Source: Desulfosudaceae bacterium
GTDB lineage: Bacteria > Desulfobacterota > Desulfobacteria > Desulfobacterales > Desulfosudaceae
Length of the DNA stretch: 64,000 nucleotides
Reading direction: 5' to 3'
NCBI GenBank assembly: GCA_963674745.2
Contig: CAXXDV010000001.1
Location: forward strand, 128,001-192,000
The first letter of the stretch is position 1; the number at the start of each line of letters is the position of its first letter. The notes below the pieces were generated by a model. That model made no database searches. It was not told the origin of the DNA and saw only the letters and a list, made by a program, of their open reading frames with translations. The position numbers and the translations under genes are program-made. Shown piece by piece: positions 22,128 to 33,000 of this stretch.

Positions 22128-23225
22128 ATGTTTAAACTGGTTCCAACCGAAGACTACCGTCAAGCCGTAAGAATCCGCCGTTTTTTTCTGGCTGTTTACG
22201 GTTATATGGTATGGATGCTGACAATCCTGGCCGGCCAGATGGTGGGGTTATCCCACTGGTCATATCCGACTATTGCCGCCTGCTGGGCGATGATGTTTTT
22301 GGGCATGGGCGTTGTCTACCTCCTGCTGCGGACCGGATTCAATAAACGCTTTAAAGACCCCAGCCTGACCGTTCTGCAAATGGTGCTGGCCTGCGTCTGG
22401 GCGGGCGTAGCCACCTACTACACGCTCAGCCCCATCCGGGGCAGCATCATCGCCCTTTATGTGATTATTTTTGTCTTCGGCATCTTCCGCCTGTCCTTAA
22501 AAGATTTTTTCGCCATGGTGGCGGTGGCTATCATTACCTATGCCGGTGCGGTTGCCCTGCTTTACCACCATCATCCGGAAATGGTCGACCGTTCTCTGGA
22601 AACCGTCCGGACCACCCTGCTGGTGGTGGCGCTGTTGTGGTCTTCTTTGATCGGATCGTATATCAAGAAGCTGAGAGAAAAAATGGTCAGGACCAACACG
22701 GAATTGCAGAGCGCCCTGAAACGAATCGAGCAACTGGCCATTCACGATGAATTGACCGGTGTTTACAACCGGCGGCACCTGATCGACATCCTGGAGCGGG
22801 AAAAAGCCCTGGCCGACCGTACCGGCGTTAATTTTGCGGTGTGCCTGCTCGACCTTGACGATTTCAAGCAGATCAATGACACCTATGGTCACCTGGCCGG
22901 AGATACGGTGCTCAGGAATTTTTCCCAGGCCATCAAAGAGGATATTCGCCGGGAAGATTATGTTGCCCGGTATGGCGGCGAAGAATTCATTATCCTTTTT
23001 ACCGGTGCCCGGTGCGTGGACAACGGTACCGACTGTGCTATGAGACTTCAGGCCGTCACCCGGCGGCTGACATTTGAAGATGTCCACCCGTCAATCCGCG
23101 TGACGGTCTCCATCGGCATGACGATTTACCGTTTTGATGAATCCATAGATGATCTTCTGTCCAGAGCGGACACGGCCATGTACCGGGCCAAAAACGCTGG
23201 CAAGGACAGGGTGGAATATCTCTGA
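22128..23225 (+). CDS. Membrane-bound diguanylate cyclase (GGDEF)
   Basis: About 6 TM segments, DELTGVYNRR, DLDDFKQIND, RREDYVARYGGEEF (RxxD I-site plus GGEEF). Confidence 0.93.
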   Translation: MFKLVPTEDYRQAVRIRRFFLAVYGYMVWMLTILAGQMVGLSHWSYPTIAACWAMMFLGMGVVYLLLRTGFNKRFKDPSLTVLQMVLACVWAGVATYYTLSPIRGSIIALYVIIFVFGIFRLSLKDFFAMVAVAIITYAGAVALLYHHHPEMVDRSLETVRTTLLVVALLWSSLIGSYIKKLREKMVRTNTELQSALKRIEQLAIHDELTGVYNRRHLIDILEREKALADRTGVNFAVCLLDLDDFKQINDTYGHLAGDTVLRNFSQAIKEDIRREDYVARYGGEEFIILFTGARCVDNGTDCAMRLQAVTRRLTFEDVHPSIRVTVSIGMTIYRFDESIDDLLSRADTAMYRAKNAGKDRVEYL

Positions 23226-23480
23226 GGGTTCAAGGATTCGAGGGTTCAAGGGGTCAAGGGGTTTAAAGAGGCAGGGGCCTGCGGATACCGGGGGTTCCAG
23301 CTTAAAGTTTTAGGGTTTTAAGGTTTTAAGGTTTTAGAGTTTTAGAGTTTTAGGTTTCAAGGGATTTTCTGGGCTTCGAGTTTAAGTGGTTAAGTGTTTA
23401 TGTGATTAAGTGGTTAGGTGGTCGGGGTGTGAGAAGTGGGGACGGCCCGCTTTGCGGGAGTAAAGTCGGGGTTGGAGGTT

Positions 23481-23943
23481 GTAGGGGCACGGCGTGCCGT
23501 GCCCTTTTATCGGGCGGCACGGGGGCCTGGCCCTACATCGTTCATGAACATTTCCCACGACCTGTAGGGGCAACCCCCTGTGGTTGCCCTTCACCGGGCA
23601 GGCACGGGGGCCTGCCCCTACAATTGTTCATGAACATTTCCCACGGAATCATGAACATTTTCCGCGGCCTGTAGGGGCACGGCGTGCCGTGCCCTTTTAT
23701 CGGGCGGCCACGGGGGCCTGGCCCTACATCGTTCATGAACATTTCCCACGACCTGTAGGGGCAACCCCCTGTGGTTGCCCTTCACCGGGCAGGCACGGGG
23801 GCCTGCCCCTACAATTGTTCATGAACATTTCCCACGGAATCATGAACATTTTCCGCGGCCTGTAGGGGCACGGCGTGCCGTGCCCTTTTATCGGGCAGGC
23901 ACGGGGGCCTGCCCCTACATTTTTCATGAACAACCGCCCCTAC
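23481..23943. repeat. Higher-order REP array (about 190-bp unit, about 2.4 copies)
   Basis: Two different GTAG REP doublets alternate; lies between convergent genes. Confidence 0.88.
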
Positions 23944-23992
23944 GGTGACATACCCGGGCTATGACAACGATTTTAAAATACGCTGCAGCTTT

Positions 23993-26173
23993 TTATCTTC
24001 CGGAAAATATTCCAGGGCCTGCATGATGACGTCCCGGGCTTTGGCCTCTTCTTTCTGACTTTTGTAAAACCGGTAAACCCGCACAAAAAAAATCTTTTTG
24101 GACCACTTCTTCCCGGTCGACATAGGCCAGGGCTTGCTGGTAGGCCGTCCCGGCGGCCTGATAACGGCCTAAAGAGGCCAGGTAATCGCCAAAGGCCATG
24201 TATGACCCCACCCGCTCCGGCAACGCCTGTTTCATCTCGTTGTCCGTCACTCCGACCCAGGCCATCAATGCCAGGCAGGCGTCCGTATTTCCCGGATCAT
24301 CCATCATGGCCTCTGTTAAGGTCGTCATGGCCTCTTCCGGCCGGTTGTTTTCAAACAACGCGGCAGCGTAATTCAGATAGGCGCTGATGTGATTATGGCT
24401 GACCTCCATGGCCGCTTGCAGCAAGGGCCCGGCCACATCCATATTCCCCTGCCGGGCAAAAAACCGGCCCGCGTCCTGGAGCGCCTGAACGTTCAGGGGA
24501 TCAAGCCGAACGGCCCGCTGAAAATGATTACGGGCGCTTTCGCTATCATCTTGCATGACAGAAGCGTTGGCGGCTGCCAGATGATATGTCGCGTTCAGGG
24601 GATCCGCGGCAGCGGCCCGTTCATAGGCCCGCCGGACCGTATTCACTTCCTGTTCAGGCATATCCGTCAGGGAGGCGTCCGAAAAATCATAAACATGATG
24701 ATTGGCCTTCAACACCCCGCCGTGAACCATAAACATGGCCATAAAAAAAACGGCGGCGATCAACCGGACCAGCCCCGGCTTGACGGTTGTTTCGGGTAAA
24801 TAGGTGACCCGGGAGCTTCCGCCGAACCGGGTATGGGCACCCGAAACCATGACCGCCAGCACCAGAAAGAAATAAAGTCCGTTGGCGCCGACCTGGAGGT
24901 TAAAATCCACAAACGAATGCAGCAGGATAGACATAACAGCCGCCATTGACCCGGCAAACAGGTAAATGGCCATTCGGCGTCGGCGTTTTTGATAATGACG
25001 GAAACAATAGAGAATGATTTGAAACAGGGCCAGCGCCATCAGGCCGGCCAGAACGATACCCCCGGTGGCTAGAAATTCGATGTAATCGCTGTGGGCGTGC
25101 TCCAGCCGGGCATCACCGGGAAAAGTCCGGAAGCGGGGATAAACCGCCTGCCACGTGCCCACGCCGCTTCCTGTAACCGGAAAATGCCGGATGATGGTCA
25201 GCCCGTCCTGCCAGTAGTGCGGGCGCCCGGTGTTCAATTCCCCGGCTTCATTATATACATCGCCGAACCGCTCAAAAATCCGGTCCCAGCCATTGGAGCC
25301 GGTCAATATCATGATGCACACAAAAAGCACAATGGTAACCAGACCGGCTTTTTTGTTTTTCGTTCTTTTCATCAGCCAAAGGGCCAGGGCGCCCATGGAC
25401 AGGGTCAATGACATGATGCCGCCCCGGGAAAGCGACACAAAAACAGAGGTGCCGATCAGAAGCGCGCTGAGGCCATATAAGAAATGGTAATTGACACGGG
25501 GGTGTAGCAGAAAATCTCTCAGCCGTTGTTTCCATGCTCTGCCCTTTGGTCCTGAACCCGGGCGGTAAACCAGAAACAGGCAGACTATCAGGGGAAAAAT
25601 CATCTCCATCAGGCCGGCATAATGGTTGCGGTTCACATACGGCCCGATGGATCCATCGGCATGGACGGACGGCCTGAGCCAGAAGATCTTGTCCAGAGGC
25701 AGGTCGGGATTCAACTGCCGGGTAATAAACTGAATGATGACCAGAAAAGACAGCACACCCGCAAAAACCGCAATGACGGCCAGGGTTTGTTTCAACCGTT
25801 TGTAATCGGAGAACAACTGGACGGCAATGAAATAAAAAACCAGGTAGGATAAAAACCGGGTGAACTCGAAAAACGTGGCCCGGGGATAAACAGAAAGCGG
25901 CATCCATGCCGAATCGTCCAGGGCACCGGCAGACTGGTGATAGATGGCGTATGATTCCGGGGAAAGCAGCCGCACCAGAAAGGGCGGCAGGGGGATCACC
26001 TGCAGCAGCAGGTAAGCGGCGATGAGCAGCAGGGGAACCAGGCCGGGCAGGTGATAGATTTTTTTATGCCGGGCGGAAAGGCAGAACAACAGGGCGGAAA
26101 ACCCGATCAGGATTTCCATGACGGCATAGGACCATGCCTCCACCGTGCCGAAAGCCAGTGGCGAAAAGATCAA
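23993..26173 (-). CDS. O-antigen ligase/Wzy_C-family membrane protein with C-terminal TPRs (probable late frameshift)
   Basis: GPYVNRNHYAG, SLSRGG, GSGVGT, HAHSDY, HSFVDFNL; TPR-like helices; see findings for start and end anomalies. Confidence 0.85.
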   Translation of the reverse strand: MIFSPLAFGTVEAWSYAVMEILIGFSALLFCLSARHKKIYHLPGLVPLLLIAAYLLLQVIPLPPFLVRLLSPESYAIYHQSAGALDDSAWMPLSVYPRATFFEFTRFLSYLVFYFIAVQLFSDYKRLKQTLAVIAVFAGVLSFLVIIQFITRQLNPDLPLDKIFWLRPSVHADGSIGPYVNRNHYAGLMEMIFPLIVCLFLVYRPGSGPKGRAWKQRLRDFLLHPRVNYHFLYGLSALLIGTSVFVSLSRGGIMSLTLSMGALALWLMKRTKNKKAGLVTIVLFVCIMILTGSNGWDRIFERFGDVYNEAGELNTGRPHYWQDGLTIIRHFPVTGSGVGTWQAVYPRFRTFPGDARLEHAHSDYIEFLATGGIVLAGLMALALFQIILYCFRHYQKRRRRMAIYLFAGSMAAVMSILLHSFVDFNLQVGANGLYFFLVLAVMVSGAHTRFGGSSRVTYLPETTVKPGLVRLIAAVFFMAMFMVHGGVLKANHHVYDFSDASLTDMPEQEVNTVRRAYERAAAADPLNATYHLAAANASVMQDDSESARNHFQRAVRLDPLNVQALQDAGRFFARQGNMDVAGPLLQAAMEVSHNHISAYLNYAAALFENNRPEEAMTTLTEAMMDDPGNTDACLALMAWVGVTDNEMKQALPERVGSYMAFGDYLASLGRYQAAGTAYQQALAYVDREEVVQKDFFCAGLPVLQKSERRGQSPGRHHAGPGIFSGR

Positions 26174-26239
26174 TACCGCCAGAAAGCAGAGATATGATAA
26201 TGTCCCGGCCAGTTATTCCCCCCCCTATTATGGATTTCT

Positions 26240-26383
26240 GTAGGGGCAACCCCCTGTGGTTGCCCTTCACCGGGCAGGCACGGGGGCCTGCCCCTACATT
26301 ATTCATGGACGCCCACCACGGCCCGTAGGGGCAACCCCCTGTGGTTGCCCTTCACCTGGGCAGGCACGGGGGCCTGCCCCTAC
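26240..26383. repeat. GTAG REP doublets (2 units)
   Basis: Same doublet family as 8538-8823. Confidence 0.85.
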
Positions 26384-26469
26384 ATTATTACCCGAACCTA
26401 AAACATTTAACTTCATTCCGGGGCACAACACTCTACTAATTAAAAGACCGGACCCGGAGGCGGTCCATA

Positions 26470-28701
26470 TCAAACCTTTTCCTTTTCCTCGTCCGTATAA
26501 TACCGCCCGTAATACCGCCCGTAGGTCCGGTAATAATAATCATAACGGGCACGTTCCTGGTCCAGGGCATTGACGACATAACCCAATCCCTTGGCATTGA
26601 CACCGGACAGGATCTTTTCCCCCCGCAGCATGGAGTCATAGGTGGACACACCGGAACGGATGATCAGCAGGGTCTGGTCCACCGCCTTGCTGATCAGGAT
26701 GGCATCGGTGACCGTCAGCATGGGCGGCGAATCAATAATCACACAATCATAGCTTTCTCGCAGCCTGTTGAGGACCGTTTCCAGCCGGTGCGAACTGAGC
26801 AGCTCCGAAGGATTGGGTGGTATGGGCCCGGCCGGTACAAAACGCAAGAAGGGCAGATCCTCTTTTTTCCGGATGGGGATATCGGATTGACCGGCCAGGC
26901 AGGTACTCAGCCCGGTCTCGTTATCCAGGTCAAATACCCTGTGAATCCGGGGGCGCCGCATGTCCGCGTCAATCAGGATCACTTTAAGCTCGGACTGGGC
27001 AAAGGCCAGGGCCAGATTGGTTGCGGTAACGGTTTTACCTGTCTTGGGGTTCATGCTGGAGATCAGCACACTTTTGGGCGCGCCGTCCGAAGAGGACAAC
27101 AAGACAGCCGTTCGAATGGCCTTGTAATGTTCGGAAACAACCGACAGGGGCGCATCCTGGACAATTGTTTCGATTTTTCCGGTATGATCTTTTAAAAGCG
27201 GTACCGCCCCCATCAGCGGCAGGTTCAGCCGGGACTCAGCATCATCCACGGTTTTAACGGTGTTGTCCAGGTATTCCAGAAAAAAGGCCAGCCCCACGCC
27301 GAGCATCAGGCTCACCACAATGCCCGTCATCACCGAGCGTTTCATTTGTTTATTAAACGGGAATACAGGCACAGCAGCATCTTCCACCACCCAGACGTTA
27401 ATCGACGAACTGGTGTCGGTGGCGTCATATTCCTTGATCCGCTGCAGCATACGGTCGTATAGAAGGTTGTTGACGTTGACATCGCGCTTTAAAATTTCAT
27501 ACTGAATCAGTTTGTCATTCATCAAGGCGGCGCTCTGCTTGGTCTCATTGAGCAGGGTTTCCAGGTTGGCGGCCTGCTCCTGGGCCAGTTCATACTTGTT
27601 TTTAATCGACTGGATGACCCCCCGGATCTCCTGGTTCAGTTTTTCCTGTATGGACTGCAGGTCCTCCCTGGATCGAACCATGCGTGGGTGTTTTTCACCG
27701 ATGGATTTGGACAGGGTAACGATCTCCTGCTCCTGGTCGATCATGGTTTTGCGCAGGCTGGAAACAGTCGGGCTTTGCAATACCTCTGGCAGGTTCAGGG
27801 CTTCGGCCAGGGACATGCGGCTGATTTCCCGGTAAAGAGAAGACATTTCTTCCATTTCCGCCTGGACCTGGGTCAACCGGTCGCTCAGGGTGGAAATTTT
27901 CTGGGGAAAGGTTACCTCCCGATCGCCCACCGTGTAGATGTTCTGTTCTTTTTTATAAACCTGCAAGCGATATTCACTGGCTTCGAGCTTCTGCCGTTGC
28001 TGGGCGGCTTTTTCTTCCAGCCATTGCAGGGTTTCGGAAGTGGCCTGGGTGCGCATTTCCAGCAGAAACGCCTTGTACGCCGCCGACACGGTGTTTACGA
28101 TATCGGCCGCCAGCATGGGGTTGGTGGATACAAAAGAGACATCAACTACACTTCCGCCCTGTTCCTCATTGCGCATTACCATAATGCCGCCGCTGATCAT
28201 CCGGGCCAGGGACTGCTTCAATGTTTCTTCTTTTTCCGCCTCGGTCAGGGACGGCTTTTGCCCGTCCATTTTCTTTTGACGGCCCATGCTGGTCAGCCTG
28301 ATGCCGACATGAATCAAATTTTTAAACCATCGGCTGACTTTGTATAAAATCGACCCCCCGGAATTCATATTGGAAAAATACCGGCTGTAGGTTTCATCCA
28401 GCTTTAATTGTTCCACCACCTGGCGACCGACCTTATTGCTTTTGATAATCTGGGTCTGGGTGGCTAAGAAACCCGGGTCATAGCCGAACCGGTTGTTGCT
28501 CAACAGCATGGGGGCATTGTCTTTTTCGATCAGCAGTTTGGCAGACGCCCTGTACAGCGGGGTTTCGGAAAAGGCATTGATCAGGATCAGGGGCAGGCTG
28601 ACCGCGAAAACCAACAGGATAATATATTTTCGCCGTATCAGGATCCAGAGGTATTTCCTTAGATTGATTTCCTCTTCTTTAAAATCCAGCTCATCGGTCA
28701 T
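26470..28701 (-). CDS. wzc: Polysaccharide co-polymerase / BY-kinase (Wzc/GumC family)
   Basis: Two TM segments, coiled coils, PKTGKT Walker A, IDADMRRP, IIDSPP, Tyr-rich tail; start set at MTDELDF because the longer ORF runs into a REP. Confidence 0.92.
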   Translation of the reverse strand: MTDELDFKEEEINLRKYLWILIRRKYIILLVFAVSLPLILINAFSETPLYRASAKLLIEKDNAPMLLSNNRFGYDPGFLATQTQIIKSNKVGRQVVEQLKLDETYSRYFSNMNSGGSILYKVSRWFKNLIHVGIRLTSMGRQKKMDGQKPSLTEAEKEETLKQSLARMISGGIMVMRNEEQGGSVVDVSFVSTNPMLAADIVNTVSAAYKAFLLEMRTQATSETLQWLEEKAAQQRQKLEASEYRLQVYKKEQNIYTVGDREVTFPQKISTLSDRLTQVQAEMEEMSSLYREISRMSLAEALNLPEVLQSPTVSSLRKTMIDQEQEIVTLSKSIGEKHPRMVRSREDLQSIQEKLNQEIRGVIQSIKNKYELAQEQAANLETLLNETKQSAALMNDKLIQYEILKRDVNVNNLLYDRMLQRIKEYDATDTSSSINVWVVEDAAVPVFPFNKQMKRSVMTGIVVSLMLGVGLAFFLEYLDNTVKTVDDAESRLNLPLMGAVPLLKDHTGKIETIVQDAPLSVVSEHYKAIRTAVLLSSSDGAPKSVLISSMNPKTGKTVTATNLALAFAQSELKVILIDADMRRPRIHRVFDLDNETGLSTCLAGQSDIPIRKKEDLPFLRFVPAGPIPPNPSELLSSHRLETVLNRLRESYDCVIIDSPPMLTVTDAILISKAVDQTLLIIRSGVSTYDSMLRGEKILSGVNAKGLGYVVNALDQERARYDYYYRTYGRYYGRYYTDEEKEKV

Positions 28702-28775
28702 TTTATCTTTTTCCTGGTTATTTTTATTCCTGGTGCTGATTTTTCTGAGAATTAACCCCTTAACCCGCGAATGTC

Positions 28776-28834
28776 GTAGGGGCGGCCCCCTGTGGCCGCC
28801 CAATGACAGGGCACCCACAGGGGGGTGCCCCTAC
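28776..28834. repeat. Variant GTAG REP doublet
   Basis: GTAGGGGCGGCCCCCTGTGGCCGCCC...GGGCACCCACAGGGGGGTGCCCCTAC. Confidence 0.75.
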
Positions 28835-29099
28835 AAGGGCAGAAACACCTCAGGCCGATAACCACCTGAAACCCTAACGCCCTGAAACGTTAAAACCCCT
28901 TGCGAAGCAGGCACCTGAAACCTTAAAACCCCGACCCCATAATCACATAATCACATAATCACTTAATCACTTAATCACCCGAAACCCAATCGGGCACGGC
29001 ACGCCGTGCCCCTACATAGTCACCCTAAAACTTTAACACCTTAAAACTTTAAAACTGTTACTTACGCGTTTGGTTCCGGGTCGAGCATGGTCCGCACCC

Positions 29100-29927
29100 T
29101 TAGAAATAACTTTCCGGCACCATAATCACATCATCCGGCAAAATCCGCATATCCATGCGCACCCCTTTGATCAGGTGCTCAACCCCTTCTTTGGTACGGA
29201 TAATCCGGGTCCGGTCGGTAGAGGCCTTGTCGGTAGGGCCGCCGGCCATGGTCAGGGCCTTGATCACCGTCAAATCCTTTTCAAAATTATATACACCGGG
29301 TTTTTTCACCTGGCCGCTGATATAAAACACCTCTTTTTTCGGGATAAAAACATGGTCCCCGTCGATTATATTAATGTTCTCCGATGACTGCCCTTCCTTC
29401 ATCAGGCGGCCCAGGTCGACCACGGTAACCGGGGCCGCCGGTTTATCATCCCCCCTGTGCTGGATAATGGCCTGGTAGGCCGCGTTTTCGGTCAAACCGT
29501 TGGCTTTTGAAACCAGCTCCAGGATCGATGTCTCACCCTGGATTTCATAAACACCCGGGGATTCCACCTCGCCCAGGATAGTCACCTTCCGGCCCCGGAA
29601 CTCTTCCACAAAGACATGGACCTGGGGATCGACAATAAAGCCGTCGGCCAGAAGGCGCTTGATTTTGTCCTCCAGTTGTTTGACACTGAGGTTTTCCGCG
29701 GAAATCTGGCCCAGTAAAGGCAGCGAAATCATGCCGTCACCGCTGATCCGGACCGTGGTCTGCATGTCCGGCTGCTCATAAACGGAGATTTTGACCACAT
29801 CCCCTGCGCCCAGAAGGTAATCCTGGGCCGGCGCAGGATGAGAAAATTGCAGGGTAATAATGATAAAAAAAATTAAACCAACAACCCGGTTCACAGAAAT
29901 ATGTCTGAACGATCTTCTACACGTCAT
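29100..29927 (-). CDS. wza: Polysaccharide export protein (Wza/OPX family, SLBB domains)
   Basis: YLLGAGDVVKISV, DGMISLPLLG, two GEV/GQV..PGVY SLBB repeats. Confidence 0.88.
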   Translation of the reverse strand: MTCRRSFRHISVNRVVGLIFFIIITLQFSHPAPAQDYLLGAGDVVKISVYEQPDMQTTVRISGDGMISLPLLGQISAENLSVKQLEDKIKRLLADGFIVDPQVHVFVEEFRGRKVTILGEVESPGVYEIQGETSILELVSKANGLTENAAYQAIIQHRGDDKPAAPVTVVDLGRLMKEGQSSENINIIDGDHVFIPKKEVFYISGQVKKPGVYNFEKDLTVIKALTMAGGPTDKASTDRTRIIRTKEGVEHLIKGVRMDMRILPDDVIMVPESYF

Positions 29928-30023
29928 GCTTTAAAATATCACCTTTTTGATCTAAGCCGTCAGCTCCAGGGCCCTGACGCCGGGCAGACGATTGAATCCC
30001 GCATAAGAAAATAACTTTGAAAA

Positions 30024-33000
30024 CTACCGGTAAATGCTGCCACGCAAAAAGACCGTATGATCATCGTAATCAGCGTCATTGTAATTGGAATCCAAATGGG
30101 TATAGGTGTAGGCCAGATCAAACGTCAGCCATCTTAAAAAATCAAATTTAATGGTCGGCGACAGGGCATACTCCCGGTCCCGCCGTCTTTTATCTTCCCA
30201 TAGGTCATCTTCATATTCATAGGCATATTCGTCATAGAACAATGTACCGTGTAAATTCAACCGCAGCTTGCTGGTTAACTTATAGGTCACCGACAGCCCG
30301 ACCATGTGCGTCAGCATATTGGTCGACACCTGGCCGAAATAGTCATCCCAGTGAAGGCCGATACTCATGGCTTCCTCGTACCGGCGATAGGCATTGGCCA
30401 CGATCCGGGTCCGTTCGGTCATGTCATAATCCACAATAAGTTCCGCCATAACCGTACCGGTATCGGACAATTCATCGGCATCAAAGGCCCGTTTTCCATA
30501 ACCGCCCTTGAGGTGTCCGCTCGTTTTCTCGGTAATTTCCCAGCGCACCCCGCCAAAAACCCGCTTTTCAACACAATCCCGGGGTGAACGCTTATAATCC
30601 AGGTCCGCATATTCATATTCGGCAAACAGCCAGGTCTTGTCCGTCAAATGAAAATAACCGTAAAAGGCCCAGGAATTATCGACCCGGTCATTGATATTGT
30701 TTTCCCTGTCGTCATAGCTTAACCAGTAATTGGAAAAATCCAGCCGAAACTCGAATTTTTCCGTCAGGTTGACCGTAGACACCGCGCTGAACAGGTTCGT
30801 CTTGTACTTATCTTCAATGGTATAGGCCCGGGAAGAGATGGAATCATGGGCCCGTTTGAACTGGTCGATCAGCTGCAGGGTGAATTTGTTCCGGCTGTTG
30901 TAGTGAAAATAGCTGTCCAGCCGGTGGGTGACCATGTTGTTATCACTTTCATTATGATAAAACTCCCACTGCGGGCTGTAGAGCAGATAGGCCTGGTAAC
31001 GCCGGTCGTTTTTGGGATAAAAGGGGCTGACCGTCAGGCCCCCGGGGGTGGCACTGGTGGTGGAAATCTCGACCAGCCGTTCATGACTGGCCGGCAATGC
31101 CATCCACAGGCCGGGCGTAATATAAGTGGCCCAGACACCCTTGGGGTTTTTATAAGCTTCGTACAGGTTGGATTTATAAATGAGGTTCACCCCGAGAAAA
31201 CCGTGAATTTTCTCCGGCTTCTCATACACGTCTGCGATACAGTCGTCCGGAAGGATAAAACCAGGGGCCGTTTCTTCCTGTTCATGGCAGGCTTCCCCGG
31301 CACAACCGGAAAATACGCGGATCCTGTTGGCCGTGCTCACCAGCAGCTCGGCAATATCCTTATCCGAATCCGGCCGGAGCATGGCAACGACCGTCACTTT
31401 GCGGGTTTGTGATGGCGGCAGATCACCCACTTTCCACAGCAGGGTGGTCTCCCCGGTCACCGGTTTATCTTTTTTTATTTCCAGCGCGGCTGTCTTATCA
31501 TCGTCCTTACCCTCAAAAACCAGGTTGTCCTGGAGAATATCTTCGATGATCACGTCAAAAGCCGTTGTATTGCCGCGGTTGGTGACGTAAATCTGCCATG
31601 GCATGGACTGGCCCGGCTCCAGCCGGCAGGATTCCGGTGTCACCCGTATGGCCAGGTCCGCGGATTGGCTTAATAACGGATTGGTATAAGCGGATACTTC
31701 CCGTTTGCGCACACCCGGTTTTTCACAGCCGGCGGTTGTGCTCCGGGGCGTAACCATATCCAGGGGATGAACAAAATAGGCCGTTACTTTTAATCCGGAA
31801 GGGCGCAGGCATTTTTTCATCACTTTAAACCGCAGACTGCCGCCCTTTGTCAATGACCGGGGACGGCCCGAAGCATTGTCAAACGAAAAAACAACGACAC
31901 CGGGCCGGCTGGTATGCACCCGGGGCATCCGGCCGTCAAATCCGATCGCCTTCAGCTCATCCAGATAAGCATAATTTTCAGTATCAAGAACGATCTCCAG
32001 ATCATACAGTTGTCTTTTGGTTGTTTTTTTAATATCGATAACCGCTTCCAGTATCTCGCACTCTTTAACCACTTCGGGCAGGTCCACGGACACTTCGAGC
32101 CCGAGGTTGACGTCCCCGCCGGCAACAGCGTCCCTTCTTTCTCCGGAGGGGCCTAACATGACAGCCGTTTCCGGTGCTAGAAGGCGAAGACCGCAATTGT
32201 CGGCATATACCGGCCGAAACAGAATCATTTCTTCCGGCAACGGATCGCCCGGATTGCGGTTTGCCTGGAGCTCAAAATCCAGAGACAGGGAACCGCCCGG
32301 TTCAAGGGGGTCGGAGATGACAAATGTCCCTGATCCGGCATCATAAACAAAACCCGGAGACATTTCACTGACAGTGACAAAAAAACGGGTCAGGTTGGTT
32401 TCAAGGGCAAGGCCCGACGCCCTGCCGTCACCGGTGTTGCTGATGGAAATGCTTACCGGCTGTTTGTGTCCGGAAACAAATGATTCGGGAGAGATATCGA
32501 CCGTATAACGAATTTCCGGGGTGGTGATCACGGGGGCCAGGTAATAAATTTTTTCCGACTGGCAGGAATACAACTCATCGGTAAACACATAAACGGACAG
32601 ATCTTTGCAGGAAGCGACTTCCAGGTCAAAGGTATACCAGCAGGTTGAATCAGACAGCCGCTCACCGACAACGAGTGATTTCCGGGGCATGCCGATGATC
32701 TCCGGGATATCGACATCGATTTTCTGGGCCTGTTCGTCATAGCGGCATTGGACACGATTGGTCGACAGGCTGCCCCGGTAAACAAAGCCTTCCCCCCAGG
32801 ACGCGCTGCACTGCAATAAACGCAAAATACCGGAATAGGAATTATGAATCCGGACCCGAAAGGTAATCACATCCCCCAGGTCCGCTTCCGGATAGGCCGT
32901 GGGGGATATTGCCTGACCGTTTATTTTGACCGCCTCCAGGTAGGACTCGACACTGTCCTGGACCCTGGGCGCATCGATCACGACCGGATCCGCCTCGTTA

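Noticed and set aside
8538..23943. REP arrays at 8.5, 15.4, 16.2 and 23.5 kb as CRISPR arrays
   Set aside because: Spacers are identical or alternate rather than unique, units are inverted doublets, and no cas genes are present
28702..28818. N-terminal extension of Wzc in the ORF track
   Set aside because: Runs through a REP doublet; the family-like sequence begins at MTDELDF
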